Source: Paracoccaceae bacterium
GTDB lineage: Bacteria > Pseudomonadota > Alphaproteobacteria > JAPKNN01
DNA length: 64,000 nucleotides
Direction: 5' to 3'
Assembly (NCBI GenBank): GCA_040266715.1
Contig: JAPKNN010000011.1
Coordinates: 2,295-66,294, forward strand
Under the pieces are notes generated by a model that saw only the letters and a list, made by a program, of their open reading frames with translations, did no database searches and was not told the origin of the DNA. The position numbers were made by a program, and so were the translations under genes. Shown in pieces: positions 32,070 to 41,021 of the stretch (its first letter is position 1; every line of letters starts with the position of its first letter).

Positions 32070-32143
32070 GGCGCGTTGGCAGAGTGGTGATGCATCGGAT
32101 TGCAAATCCGCGTACCTCGGTTCGATTCCGGGACGCGCCTCCA
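32070..32143 (+). tRNA. tRNA-Cys (anticodon GCA)
   Basis: Cloverleaf folds by hand. 7-bp acceptor stem GGCGCGT/ACGCGCC, anticodon loop TTGCAAA, T-loop TTCGATT, 3' CCA encoded. Confidence 0.9.
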
Positions 32144-32253
32144 TACTTCTTACATACTTTCAAATACCTCACCACTACATAGCGACCCCATAAACAATCT
32201 CATGCTTAATTGCAGGAATTTTAGTCACATTGCCTTAAGTAATAGCCTGTTGT

Positions 32254-32673
32254 TTACAAAGGCATAAGTTCTTGTGCTCTAGCCTTAATATGCATTATCA
32301 TAGAACGCAGACCATTGCTGCGTTGGCTTGAAATATTATCTAGCATGCCAATAGTGGTAAAAATAGCTTCAATATCCATAGCTAGAATCTCGCTAGGCGT
32401 GTGATTATTCACAGCTCTTAGCACAATCGCTATAAGACCATTCACAAGTATAGCATCACTTTGAGCACGAAATAGTAAAGGTGTATTGCCATTAGTTACA
32501 GTATTATGTAGCAACCATACTTGACTCATACATCCTTCAACTCGATTGGCGTCAATTTTTTCATCCTCATTCAGGGGGGGTAATGATTTTCCTAGCTCAA
32601 TAAGAAATTGATACTTATCTTCCCAGTTTTCCATGTACTGAAATTGTTCCACAAGCTCTTCTATTGACATCAA
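32254..32673 (-). CDS. sufE: SufE-like cysteine desulfuration (sulfur acceptor) protein
   Basis: About 140 aa with the conserved Cys in RVEGCMSQVWL, typical of SufE/YgdK. Confidence 0.8.
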   Translation of the reverse strand: MMSIEELVEQFQYMENWEDKYQFLIELGKSLPPLNEDEKIDANRVEGCMSQVWLLHNTVTNGNTPLLFRAQSDAILVNGLIAIVLRAVNNHTPSEILAMDIEAIFTTIGMLDNISSQRSNGLRSMIMHIKARAQELMPL

Positions 32674-32735
32674 TTCTCCTTTGTATGTAAGTGTATTATC
32701 ATATTATCATGAATAATGTTAAATATGTGTTGTAC

Positions 32736-33317
32736 TCATTTTAGGGAGGTTTTATCTAATAAGGGAACGATTTTTTCCAAGATGGTTTGTGCCGTTAGAA
32801 CGCCAACATGACGGTAAACTACGATCCCTTTGCCATCAATGACGAATGTTTCAGGAAGACCATAAACGCCAAAATCAATACTCGTCAAACCTTTGGGATC
32901 AGAACCAACAGCCAAAAAAGGATTACCTGTACTTTCTAAAAAAGCAATGGCTTGAGAGGGGGTATCTTTAACGTTAATACCGTAAATTTTGTAACCTTTT
33001 TTACGCAAAGACAACAGTAAAGGCATTTCTATTCGGCAGGGTTCGCACCAAGATGCCCAAAAATTAACAACACTCATATCCCCCTTTTGCAGATCCCTTG
33101 CTGATACCCCCCCCATCTCTACACCATACGCATCATGCAAACCCTTGATAGCAGGAAGAGAAAAGGAAGGAATAGGCTGATTAATACGTGCACTTGGTAT
33201 TGTCTGCGGGTCGATGCGCAGCGAAAGGAATAATAAAATTATCAATATGAGGCCAAATAAAAAAGGAAAAAACCGTATACATAATTGACGTATATTATGT
33301 GTGTTCGTATGCATCAA
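32736..33317 (-). CDS. ccmG: Thiol:disulfide interchange protein CcmG/DsbE (cytochrome c biogenesis)
   Basis: N-terminal TM anchor. Thioredoxin motif WASWCEPC. Last gene of the ccm cluster. Confidence 0.8.
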   Translation of the reverse strand: MMHTNTHNIRQLCIRFFPFLFGLILIILLFLSLRIDPQTIPSARINQPIPSFSLPAIKGLHDAYGVEMGGVSARDLQKGDMSVVNFWASWCEPCRIEMPLLLSLRKKGYKIYGINVKDTPSQAIAFLESTGNPFLAVGSDPKGLTSIDFGVYGLPETFVIDGKGIVVYRHVGVLTAQTILEKIVPLLDKTSLK

Positions 33318-33341
33318 TATAGACCTTTAGATAAAAATTTT

Positions 33342-33494
33342 TTACGATAATTCGGTGGCATTTTTACGTTCTTTGGATAGTTTTTTATATTTTTTCTTAA
33401 TGCGTAAGTAACGGATTAAAATCATACAAAATACACTGGTAAGAAGGCCATAAAAAATCAGATAACTTGCCGTTATATAAAAAGAGAAGGTCAT
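33342..33494 (-). CDS. ccmD: Heme exporter protein CcmD (50 aa; not in the supplied ORF track)
   Basis: Hand-translated minus-strand ORF MTFSFYITASYLIFYGLLTSVFCMILIRYLRIKKKYKKLSKERKNATELS. One TM helix plus basic tail. Sits exactly between ccmC and ccmG. Confidence 0.55.
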   Translation of the reverse strand: MTFSFYITASYLIFYGLLTSVFCMILIRYLRIKKKYKKLSKERKNATELS

Positions 33495-33524
33495 AATAAT
33501 TACTATTTCACTCTAAGATATGGT

Positions 33525-34238
33525 TTATAGTGCTGAGTAGCGCTTAATGGATTGTTTCATAATTTCGGTTTGCATTGACATGATAACTACCGTAGCAAAA
33601 AAGAAAACAAGACCTATCATCATCAGAATCAGTGGAATTAACATTTCTGTAGCAATAGAAGGTCCAGTCAAGCGTAATAAACTGGCAGGTTGGTGTAATG
33701 TATTCCACCATTCAACGGAAAATTTAATAATAGGAATATTAATAAAACCAATCATGGCAAATAATGAGGCGATACGGGCGGCTTTTTCTTCGTGATCAAT
33801 ATAATGGCGTAAGGCAATATAGCCAGCATAAATAAACAATAATAGCAATGTAGAAGTAAGACGTGCATCCCACACCCATGCCGTTCCCCATGTTGGCTTG
33901 CCCCATAATGCACCCGTAATAAGCGCAATGAGTGTGACAACCGCACCTATCGGGGCGGCACTTGCGGCAGCCAGATCGGCTAGCTTGTGCCTCCAAAAAA
34001 AATATATAAGACTAGATATGGCGATAAAAGTGTAAAAACCCAGTGATAAAGAAGCCGCTGGAACATGGACATACATAATACGTACCATCTCTCCTTGTTG
34101 GTAGTCTGCAGGCGAATTATAAAGACCTATATATGTACCCGTAATAAAAAAACATACACATAACACACAACACACAGGTTGTGCGATGCTTGCAAAGCGC
34201 ATGAAATAATAGGGATTAGACAGAATGGTTATAGACAT
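33525..34238 (-). CDS. ccmC: Heme exporter protein CcmC
   Basis: WWD motif region GTAWVWDARLTS. Six TM helices. Confidence 0.9.
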   Translation of the reverse strand: MSITILSNPYYFMRFASIAQPVCCVLCVCFFITGTYIGLYNSPADYQQGEMVRIMYVHVPAASLSLGFYTFIAISSLIYFFWRHKLADLAAASAAPIGAVVTLIALITGALWGKPTWGTAWVWDARLTSTLLLLFIYAGYIALRHYIDHEEKAARIASLFAMIGFINIPIIKFSVEWWNTLHQPASLLRLTGPSIATEMLIPLILMMIGLVFFFATVVIMSMQTEIMKQSIKRYSAL

Positions 34239-34244
34239 ATCTTT

Positions 34245-34919
34245 TTATTTATTTTCAAGTTCTATACGCAAGATCTCTCCACTCGCCCAAGGTAACAGAG
34301 CAACGGCAAGTAAATCTAATGCAAATAAAAGTTTAAGTCCAGATGTATTGTTGTCATATCCATAGATTGATACGGATGCAGCCGTTACACCAAAGATTAA
34401 TACAGGGATGCATAAAGGTAAGCATAAAATAGCCACCAAAAGAGAACCTCGATTATGTGTTAAACTTAACGCACCGCCTAGAGTGATAATAAAAGCTATG
34501 GCAGGAGAACCAACCAAAAGTGAAATAAGTAACGGATAAAGTTGAGAAAAAGGAAGGTGTAATAAAATTGCACTCAGTGGAGTAAATAGTATAAGTGGTA
34601 ATAAAATAGCCACCCAAACAGCAATGGCTTTACTAAAACATATAAGGGCAAGTGAATAGCGTAGGGACAAAATATCTAAAATATCGGTATGTATATCCTG
34701 TGAAAATTGTTTCTCAATACACAGCAAGGCACATAAAACAAAAGCAATCCATATAAAACCAGTGCTGGATTGGCTGATCACGGTGCTATTGCCGTCAAGG
34801 CCAAAAGGAATAACGATGATGATGGAAAGATAAAAAAGACATACTGTAGCGAGAGTTGAAAGATTGGTTATATAACTACGTATGTCATACCACATTACAT
34901 AAAAAAATGAATGCAACAT
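34245..34919 (-). CDS. ccmB: Heme exporter protein CcmB
   Basis: Six-TM protein of about 220 aa between ccmA and ccmC. Confidence 0.8.
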   Translation of the reverse strand: MLHSFFYVMWYDIRSYITNLSTLATVCLFYLSIIIVIPFGLDGNSTVISQSSTGFIWIAFVLCALLCIEKQFSQDIHTDILDILSLRYSLALICFSKAIAVWVAILLPLILFTPLSAILLHLPFSQLYPLLISLLVGSPAIAFIITLGGALSLTHNRGSLLVAILCLPLCIPVLIFGVTAASVSIYGYDNNTSGLKLLFALDLLAVALLPWASGEILRIELENK

Positions 34920-34940
34920 ATTGTATCCTTATTCTTTATC

Positions 34941-35615
34941 CTATGAGGGTGTAACTGAGACATGAGTGCAATGATGCCGTGAGACTTCATCGAGATTAAG
35001 TGTTTGATTTGAGGGTATGGATTTACTATGATGTGTGCTAATAAATGTGATGACATGGCGTTCGCTGAGGGTTGTTAGGAGATTTTGCAAATAGGCTTGC
35101 CCACAGCTATCAAGCATAATATCAGGTTCGTCAAGTAGGTAGACAGAATTATATGTAAGGCTAACTAACACTAAAGATAGGCGTCGTTTTTGTCCAGAGG
35201 AAAAATAGTGTATCGGCGTATCGCGCTGTTTTGTAAGATCGGCCTCGTCAAGTTTTCTCTCTTTTTCCTGCGAACTAAGCCTCGGTAATTGCCAATACCG
35301 ACACCAGATATCTATATTCTCTTGTGCAGAATAGTGTTCGTATAAGGGGTTTTTACTCCCTAAAAAACTAACATATCGCCCCCATTGTGAATCGGTGTGC
35401 TGCACATATCTCCCCGTGTTATGAGACAAGCATATCTGTCCATTTTGATAAGGCAGTAAGCCACAAAGACAACGCAATAAAGTCGTTTTACCACTGCCAT
35501 TTTTTCCAGTAACGCAAACAATATCCCCAGCATACGCTGTGAAGTTAAGGGATGAAAAAATTGTCTTTTCCTGACGTGCAACAGATACATTGTGAATGGA
35601 TAATTCCATTGTCAT
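34941..35615 (-). CDS. ccmA: Cytochrome c biogenesis ATP-binding export protein CcmA
   Basis: Walker A GKNGSGKTTLLR, signature FSSGQKRRLSL, Walker B LLDEP. Heads the ccm operon. Confidence 0.85.
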   Translation of the reverse strand: MTMELSIHNVSVARQEKTIFSSLNFTAYAGDIVCVTGKNGSGKTTLLRCLCGLLPYQNGQICLSHNTGRYVQHTDSQWGRYVSFLGSKNPLYEHYSAQENIDIWCRYWQLPRLSSQEKERKLDEADLTKQRDTPIHYFSSGQKRRLSLVLVSLTYNSVYLLDEPDIMLDSCGQAYLQNLLTTLSERHVITFISTHHSKSIPSNQTLNLDEVSRHHCTHVSVTPS

Positions 35616-35684
35616 TACGTTACCATTTTATTATGATGTTAATTGTGGTCGTCATATCGTATTGTTAATATATGGGGCATACGC

Positions 35685-36329
35685 TTATGCAGTAAGTTCA
35701 GCAATAATTTGGTACAAAGGATATAAAGAAAAACAAAAAATTAATCGTGATAGCATCTTATTCAAGGTGCCAAGATAATATGCCGTTGACTTTTGGCCTA
35801 ATAATCTCGCTAGAAAATAAGCGATTACCCACCATGTAAAACCACCGGTTATACCACTCAGTGAAAAAATAATTGCGTCTATATTAGTATGCGGTGTATA
35901 GGCAAAATTTGATACCATTGTCAATAATAGAATGATTGTTGTGATAGTAAAAGGGTTTGTGATGACAAGAAAAAAAGAACTGGAAAAATACCCTATTATA
36001 GCCGTATTGCTTTCGGGGGCGAGTTTTTCATTGCTGGTATTAACAGGTTTGAAATAGAGTAATATACTGGCAAAAAATAGCAGTAAAAATGACAATCCAT
36101 TAAAGTAAATTTTATAATCTTCAATAATTTCAAGAATTTGTACAGAACCTATAGCGGCTAAAAAAAGAAAAAAACTATCTCCAGCCATTGCCCCACAGAC
36201 AAGGCTTATAAAGGCTTTGTATCTGTTGCTAAACAAAAGGCGTATAGCAAGCAACATGACAATGCCAGGGCTGACTACAATTAAAAAACCAATACAAAAA
36301 CCAATAATAATAATACTTAATAATTCCAT
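35685..36329 (-). CDS. LysE/RhtB-family amino-acid exporter-like membrane protein
   Basis: About 210 aa, 6 TM helices. N-terminal motif VVSPGIVMLLAI resembles the LysE SPGP motif. Confidence 0.55.
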   Translation of the reverse strand: MELLSIIIIGFCIGFLIVVSPGIVMLLAIRLLFSNRYKAFISLVCGAMAGDSFFLFLAAIGSVQILEIIEDYKIYFNGLSFLLLFFASILLYFKPVNTSNEKLAPESNTAIIGYFSSSFFLVITNPFTITTIILLLTMVSNFAYTPHTNIDAIIFSLSGITGGFTWWVIAYFLARLLGQKSTAYYLGTLNKMLSRLIFCFSLYPLYQIIAELTA

Positions 36330-36537
36330 CTTCTTTTAATTTTGTTCATTATAGTATGTTTATAATAACACTAATACTAACACAAAGCTGAATCCATATA
36401 AGAATATATGTTGGGTTAATAAAAGGAAAGCATGTTTTATAAGTGAGTGCATTTTATTTTACAATGCTTTAAGGTTGATTTTATAGAGAAATTATGTAGT
36501 ATTATCTAGCAATAAAATTAATTTAAAGGAAATTCAT

Positions 36538-39243
36538 ATGAATGTTAGCAGAAGGAAAATAGAGTGTAAGGATAGTTTTAACTGTATTCGCGAATTGCAA
36601 ATTGATAACAAAACATATCATTATTTTGATTTGAAGATTGCTGAAGAGAATGGTTTAAAAGGTTTGTCAACCCTCCCGCATGCGACCAAAATATTAATAG
36701 AGAATCTTCTGCGTCATGAGGATGGTGTTGGGGTAACAAAGGACATTATTATAGCCACAATTGATGATATGATGCAGGGGGTAGGAAGCCAAGAGATACG
36801 ATTTTTACCAGCCCGTGTATTGATGCAAGATTTTACAGGTGTACCTGCTGTTGTTGATCTTGCTGCTATGCGTGATGCAATGCAAAAAAAGGGGTATAAC
36901 GCCCAAAAAGTGAATCCTATGATTCCAGTTGATTTGGTGATTGATCATTCACTGATGGTTGATTTCTACGCTCAAAGTGACGCCTTTGAAAAAAATACAG
37001 CGATTGAATATAAGCGAAATAAAGAACGTTATACGTTTTTGCGCTGGGGGGCAGATGCCTTTAATAATTTACGTGTTGTTCCTCCTGGTGTGGGTATATG
37101 TCACCAAGTTAATTTGGAATATTTATCACGTGTTGTATGGCAAGATGAAGTGACTTTAAACGGCAAAGATGTCTGTCTTGTGTATCCTGACACGCTTATT
37201 GGCACAGATAGCCATACGACAATGGTCAATGGTTTAGCTGTGCTTGGTTGGGGAGTTGGCGGTATTGAAGCCGAGGCCGCAATGCTGGGGCAGCCCCTAT
37301 CTATGCTTGTGCCAAAAGTTGTTGGTTTTGAGTTGAAAGGAGCCTTAGCTGAAGGTGTAACAGCAACCGATCTGGTTTTGCGTGTCACGGAAATGTTACG
37401 CCAAAAAGGTGTTGTCGGAAAATTTGTAGAATTTTTTGGTGAAGGTGTTGCCAATCTTGGCTTGGAGGATAGGGCAACGATTGGTAATATGGCACCTGAA
37501 TATGGTGCAACCTGTGGTTTCTTTTCTGTTGATGACACCTGTATTGCCTATTTGAAAAATACGGGAAGAGATGGTGCATTATGTCAGTTGGTTGAGGAGT
37601 ATAGTCGGGCAGTAGGTCTTTCAACACTGAGTGAGGAGAAGCGTATATTTACCGATATGGTAACACTGGATTTAGCCGATGTAACCGCTTCATTAGCAGG
37701 TCCCAAGCGCCCGCAAGATAGAATTGTATTACACGATGTGCCAAGTAAATTTGCCGATTCTCTTGTAAAAGAATTTAATGTCAAACAACCATCTACATCT
37801 ATAGCTGTTAGTAATAAGGAATATAGCATTAATAATGGTTCGGTAGTAATAGCTGCAATCACATCATGTACCAATACATCAAATCCCAATGTCATGATAG
37901 CGGCAGGTTTGCTTGCACAAAAAGCACATGAAAAGGGATTATCGCCTCAACCTTGGGTCAAAACATCTTTGGCACCTGGATCACAAGTTGTTAGCGATTA
38001 TTTGAAAGCTTCTGGATTACAAACTGCGTTAGATATGATGGGATTTAATGTGGTTGGGTATGGATGTACAACATGTATCGGTAATTCGGGACCCTTAGAT
38101 GATGATATCGTTGAGGCTATTCGTCAAGGTGATCTTGTCGCTGCAGCCGTCTTATCTGGAAACAGAAATTTTGAGGGACGTATTAATCCTCATGTAAGGG
38201 CCAACTTCTTGGCATCGCCTCCGCTTGTTGTTGCCTATGCTATTGCAGGTAGAATTGATATTGATTTTCAAACTACACCTTTGGGGATGGATGCACATAA
38301 CAATCCTGTTTATTTACGGGATATATGGCCTCGAAATGAAGACATACAACGCACTAAAGCACAGGCCTTTTCGCCAAATATGTATGCTGATAGTTATGCA
38401 CGTTCTATACAAGGTGATGAAAAATGGAAAGCCATTGAAACAGAGAATTCTGTTACATATCCATGGAGCGATGTATCAACCTATATTCGTAAATCGCCTT
38501 TTTTAGAATTGCCGCATAAACCTTATGACGATATTATTGATGCACGTATTATTGCAACTTTTGGTGATTCAATTACAACCGATCACATTAGTCCTGCAGG
38601 GGCAATTAAATCCGAATCACCAGCAGGTGAATACTTAAAATCGTTCCAGATATCGCATAAGGAATTTAATTCTTATGGAGCACGACGCGGGAATCATAAT
38701 GTTATGCTGCGAGGAACTTTTGCTAATATACGCCTTAAAAATAAAATTGTTGAGGGTAAAGAAGGTGGCTATACTATGATCTATCCCGAAAATAAAGAGG
38801 TTAGTATTTTTGAGGCTGCTGAACATTATGGAAAAGATGATATTCCTCTGGTGGTTTTTGCAGCAAAAGAATATGGCACGGGATCAAGTCGTGACTGGGC
38901 GGCGAAGGGTACCCGCTTATTAGGTATAAGAGCTGTTATTGCGGAGTCTTTTGAACGTATTCATCGTACTAATCTTGTTGGAATGGGGGTTGTTCCCTTT
39001 GTTTTTGATGAAGGATGGACGTTAGAAAAAGCAGCCATTCAAGGGTCGGAAATAATCTCAATAAATGGCATGGCGAATATACAGCCTGGGATGAAGATGC
39101 ATGTTGGTGTTCAATATGCGAACGGTACACGAAAAGAAATACCCATTATTTGTCGCATTGATACAATAGATGAGTTGAAATATTATAAAGCGGGTGGTAT
39201 TCTACCATATGTATTAGATGGAATTGCGCAAGCACAACAATAA
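36538..39243 (+). CDS. acnA: Aconitate hydratase A
   Basis: Fe-S ligand regions VIAAITSCTNTSNP and GYGCTTCIGNSG. SGNRNFEGR motif. Swivel domain. Confidence 0.95.
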   Translation: MNVSRRKIECKDSFNCIRELQIDNKTYHYFDLKIAEENGLKGLSTLPHATKILIENLLRHEDGVGVTKDIIIATIDDMMQGVGSQEIRFLPARVLMQDFTGVPAVVDLAAMRDAMQKKGYNAQKVNPMIPVDLVIDHSLMVDFYAQSDAFEKNTAIEYKRNKERYTFLRWGADAFNNLRVVPPGVGICHQVNLEYLSRVVWQDEVTLNGKDVCLVYPDTLIGTDSHTTMVNGLAVLGWGVGGIEAEAAMLGQPLSMLVPKVVGFELKGALAEGVTATDLVLRVTEMLRQKGVVGKFVEFFGEGVANLGLEDRATIGNMAPEYGATCGFFSVDDTCIAYLKNTGRDGALCQLVEEYSRAVGLSTLSEEKRIFTDMVTLDLADVTASLAGPKRPQDRIVLHDVPSKFADSLVKEFNVKQPSTSIAVSNKEYSINNGSVVIAAITSCTNTSNPNVMIAAGLLAQKAHEKGLSPQPWVKTSLAPGSQVVSDYLKASGLQTALDMMGFNVVGYGCTTCIGNSGPLDDDIVEAIRQGDLVAAAVLSGNRNFEGRINPHVRANFLASPPLVVAYAIAGRIDIDFQTTPLGMDAHNNPVYLRDIWPRNEDIQRTKAQAFSPNMYADSYARSIQGDEKWKAIETENSVTYPWSDVSTYIRKSPFLELPHKPYDDIIDARIIATFGDSITTDHISPAGAIKSESPAGEYLKSFQISHKEFNSYGARRGNHNVMLRGTFANIRLKNKIVEGKEGGYTMIYPENKEVSIFEAAEHYGKDDIPLVVFAAKEYGTGSSRDWAAKGTRLLGIRAVIAESFERIHRTNLVGMGVVPFVFDEGWTLEKAAIQGSEIISINGMANIQPGMKMHVGVQYANGTRKEIPIICRIDTIDELKYYKAGGILPYVLDGIAQAQQ

Positions 39244-39556
39244 TTTGTTATTGGATGGTGTGTAGTTCTTGAAAATGCAATTCACCTATCATTATGTTAT
39301 GTTCTTTGTGCTCAATTATCATGATTAGCAAAAGAGGGGATAGAAATTTTGAAAAAAGCAAGCGAAGCATGCTTTAATTAATGAATTATGTTTATTGTTA
39401 AAGCTGATTTGTGTAGAAGTAATACTCTGTCTTTTCTTGCATATACGAAATGAATTGTGTAAAAGCACAATCTGAAGATATTTATATGGATAACAGTTTT
39501 ACATATGTTGCTTCGGATGATATAGAAAAGTAGCGCCGTATTGCTGCGTTGCATAA

Positions 39557-39633
39557 GGGCCTGTAGCTCAGTTGGTTAGAGCCACCCGCTCATAACGGGG
39601 AGGTCGCAGGTTCAAGTCCTGCCAGGCCCACCA
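39557..39633 (+). tRNA. tRNA with CAT anticodon, elongator-type tRNA-Met (or tRNA-Ile2 if lysidinylated)
   Basis: Cloverleaf by hand. Acceptor GGGCCTG/CAGGCCC with a 1:72 G-C pair, so not an initiator. Anticodon loop CTCATAA, T-loop TTCAAGT, CCA encoded. Confidence 0.9.
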
Positions 39634-39665
39634 GATTATATCAAAGCCCACCAGATTATATCGAA
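39626..39665. repeat. 20-bp tandem direct duplication spanning the tRNA 3' end: gcccaccagattatatcaaa / gcccaccagattatatcgaa
   Basis: Read directly. The first copy includes the last 8 nt of the tRNA (gcccacca). Confidence 0.7.
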
Positions 39666-40265
39666 GCGTAATGGTAACGGGGGTGAGGGGTGGTATTGTT
39701 TCCTCTTTTCATGTGATATTAAGAATGTGCGTATTGTTAAATCGCTCGCTTGTGCTGAATATGTGCAGTATAGAGATCTGCATAGATTGTGGAGAACGGT
39801 AAAGGAAAATTTTTTTAAATCAGAAAAATTTTCTGTAACATAGTCAAAATTGTAAGCATATTTGATTTTACAAGATTATTCAAAGACTTATACGCATAAT
39901 TTAGAGTGTAATAGCCAAGCAATGCGTGTTAACTTTTGACGAGATGAAAAATTTTTTATCTTGATTTTTACCTAGATAAAATAGAGTAAATATGTATTTT
40001 TTCATATTATTCAAAGACTTATTTATATAATTTAAAGTGCATAACAAAGCCACGATATATCAGATTATTACGGTGCATCATGTGAATCTATTGTCAAAAG
40101 CCGCATGTATAAACGCTTGTTTATACAATGCGTGGTTATGGCGAATGCAAAATTTTTTATTGTGATGTTTTTTTGCTAAAATTTTTCTCACATGTGAATA
40201 CTACAGATTGAACAATATCTTCTTCACAGTTTTAACATCTTGTACATAGGAAGTGGATACATGAT

Positions 40266-40949
40266 CTATTTTGTTTTGTGTAAATGTATCGTATCGATCA
40301 AACCGATTAACAAGAAACCCGATACAAATCCACCAATATGTGCTTGCCACGCAATAGGCATCATGCTGAGAAAGGCAAACATACTGTTGCTCAATAGCCA
40401 AAAGACCACAAATATAGAGGCAGGTTGCCATTGTAAAAAATCAACGATTTTTAATAACGGAGCATGTGCACGTGCGTTAGCAGAATAGCTTCTTTGAAAT
40501 GCAAAGCGGCACACTGCACCCATTTGTGCCGATACCATTGCGGATGCGCCTATTAAAGGTGCTCCTGCATAGCCATACGCTATTAAATGGAAAAGCGCCC
40601 CCATAAAAGCTCCTATAAATGTTATCAATATAAAACGTAAGCTGCCAAGACGCTGATTTAAAAGACTGCCAAAAGCTAACATAAAAAAACTATTTATAAA
40701 TACATGCATTAAATCATTATGTAAAAATGCATATGTAAAAAATCGTGTGAAAGCACTAATATAATAATAGGGTTTGAGCTGCTCGGGTGCATATAATGGT
40801 GGGTAGAAAACCATGCCCCTATAAATCTCATCCACAAAGGACAGAGGAAGAAAAAAACGCAAAATATAAAAGAAGAAAAGAATAAGTATTAGTCCTAGCG
40901 TCGTTGACGGTACTTTAAAAATAGGCGGTAGAGCTTTTGTGTTGCGCAT
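40266..40949 (-). CDS. Rhomboid-family intramembrane serine protease
   Basis: Six TM helices. Catalytic GxSG-like GASAMVSAQMG in TM4 and His in AHIGGFVSG in TM6. Confidence 0.75.
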   Translation of the reverse strand: MRNTKALPPIFKVPSTTLGLILILFFFYILRFFLPLSFVDEIYRGMVFYPPLYAPEQLKPYYYISAFTRFFTYAFLHNDLMHVFINSFFMLAFGSLLNQRLGSLRFILITFIGAFMGALFHLIAYGYAGAPLIGASAMVSAQMGAVCRFAFQRSYSANARAHAPLLKIVDFLQWQPASIFVVFWLLSNSMFAFLSMMPIAWQAHIGGFVSGFLLIGLIDTIHLHKTK

Positions 40950-41021
40950 TGTTAATGACCCATATTATCTTATTATTAATAATAAAAATTAATAGCTTGG
41001 TAATCTTTTGTTATATACATC

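Noticed and set aside
39557-40265. Integrated prophage or genomic island at the tRNA-Met site
   Set aside because: No integrase, excisionase or phage gene is present. Only the 20-bp duplication and a non-coding stretch are. It is reported as a possible scar instead.
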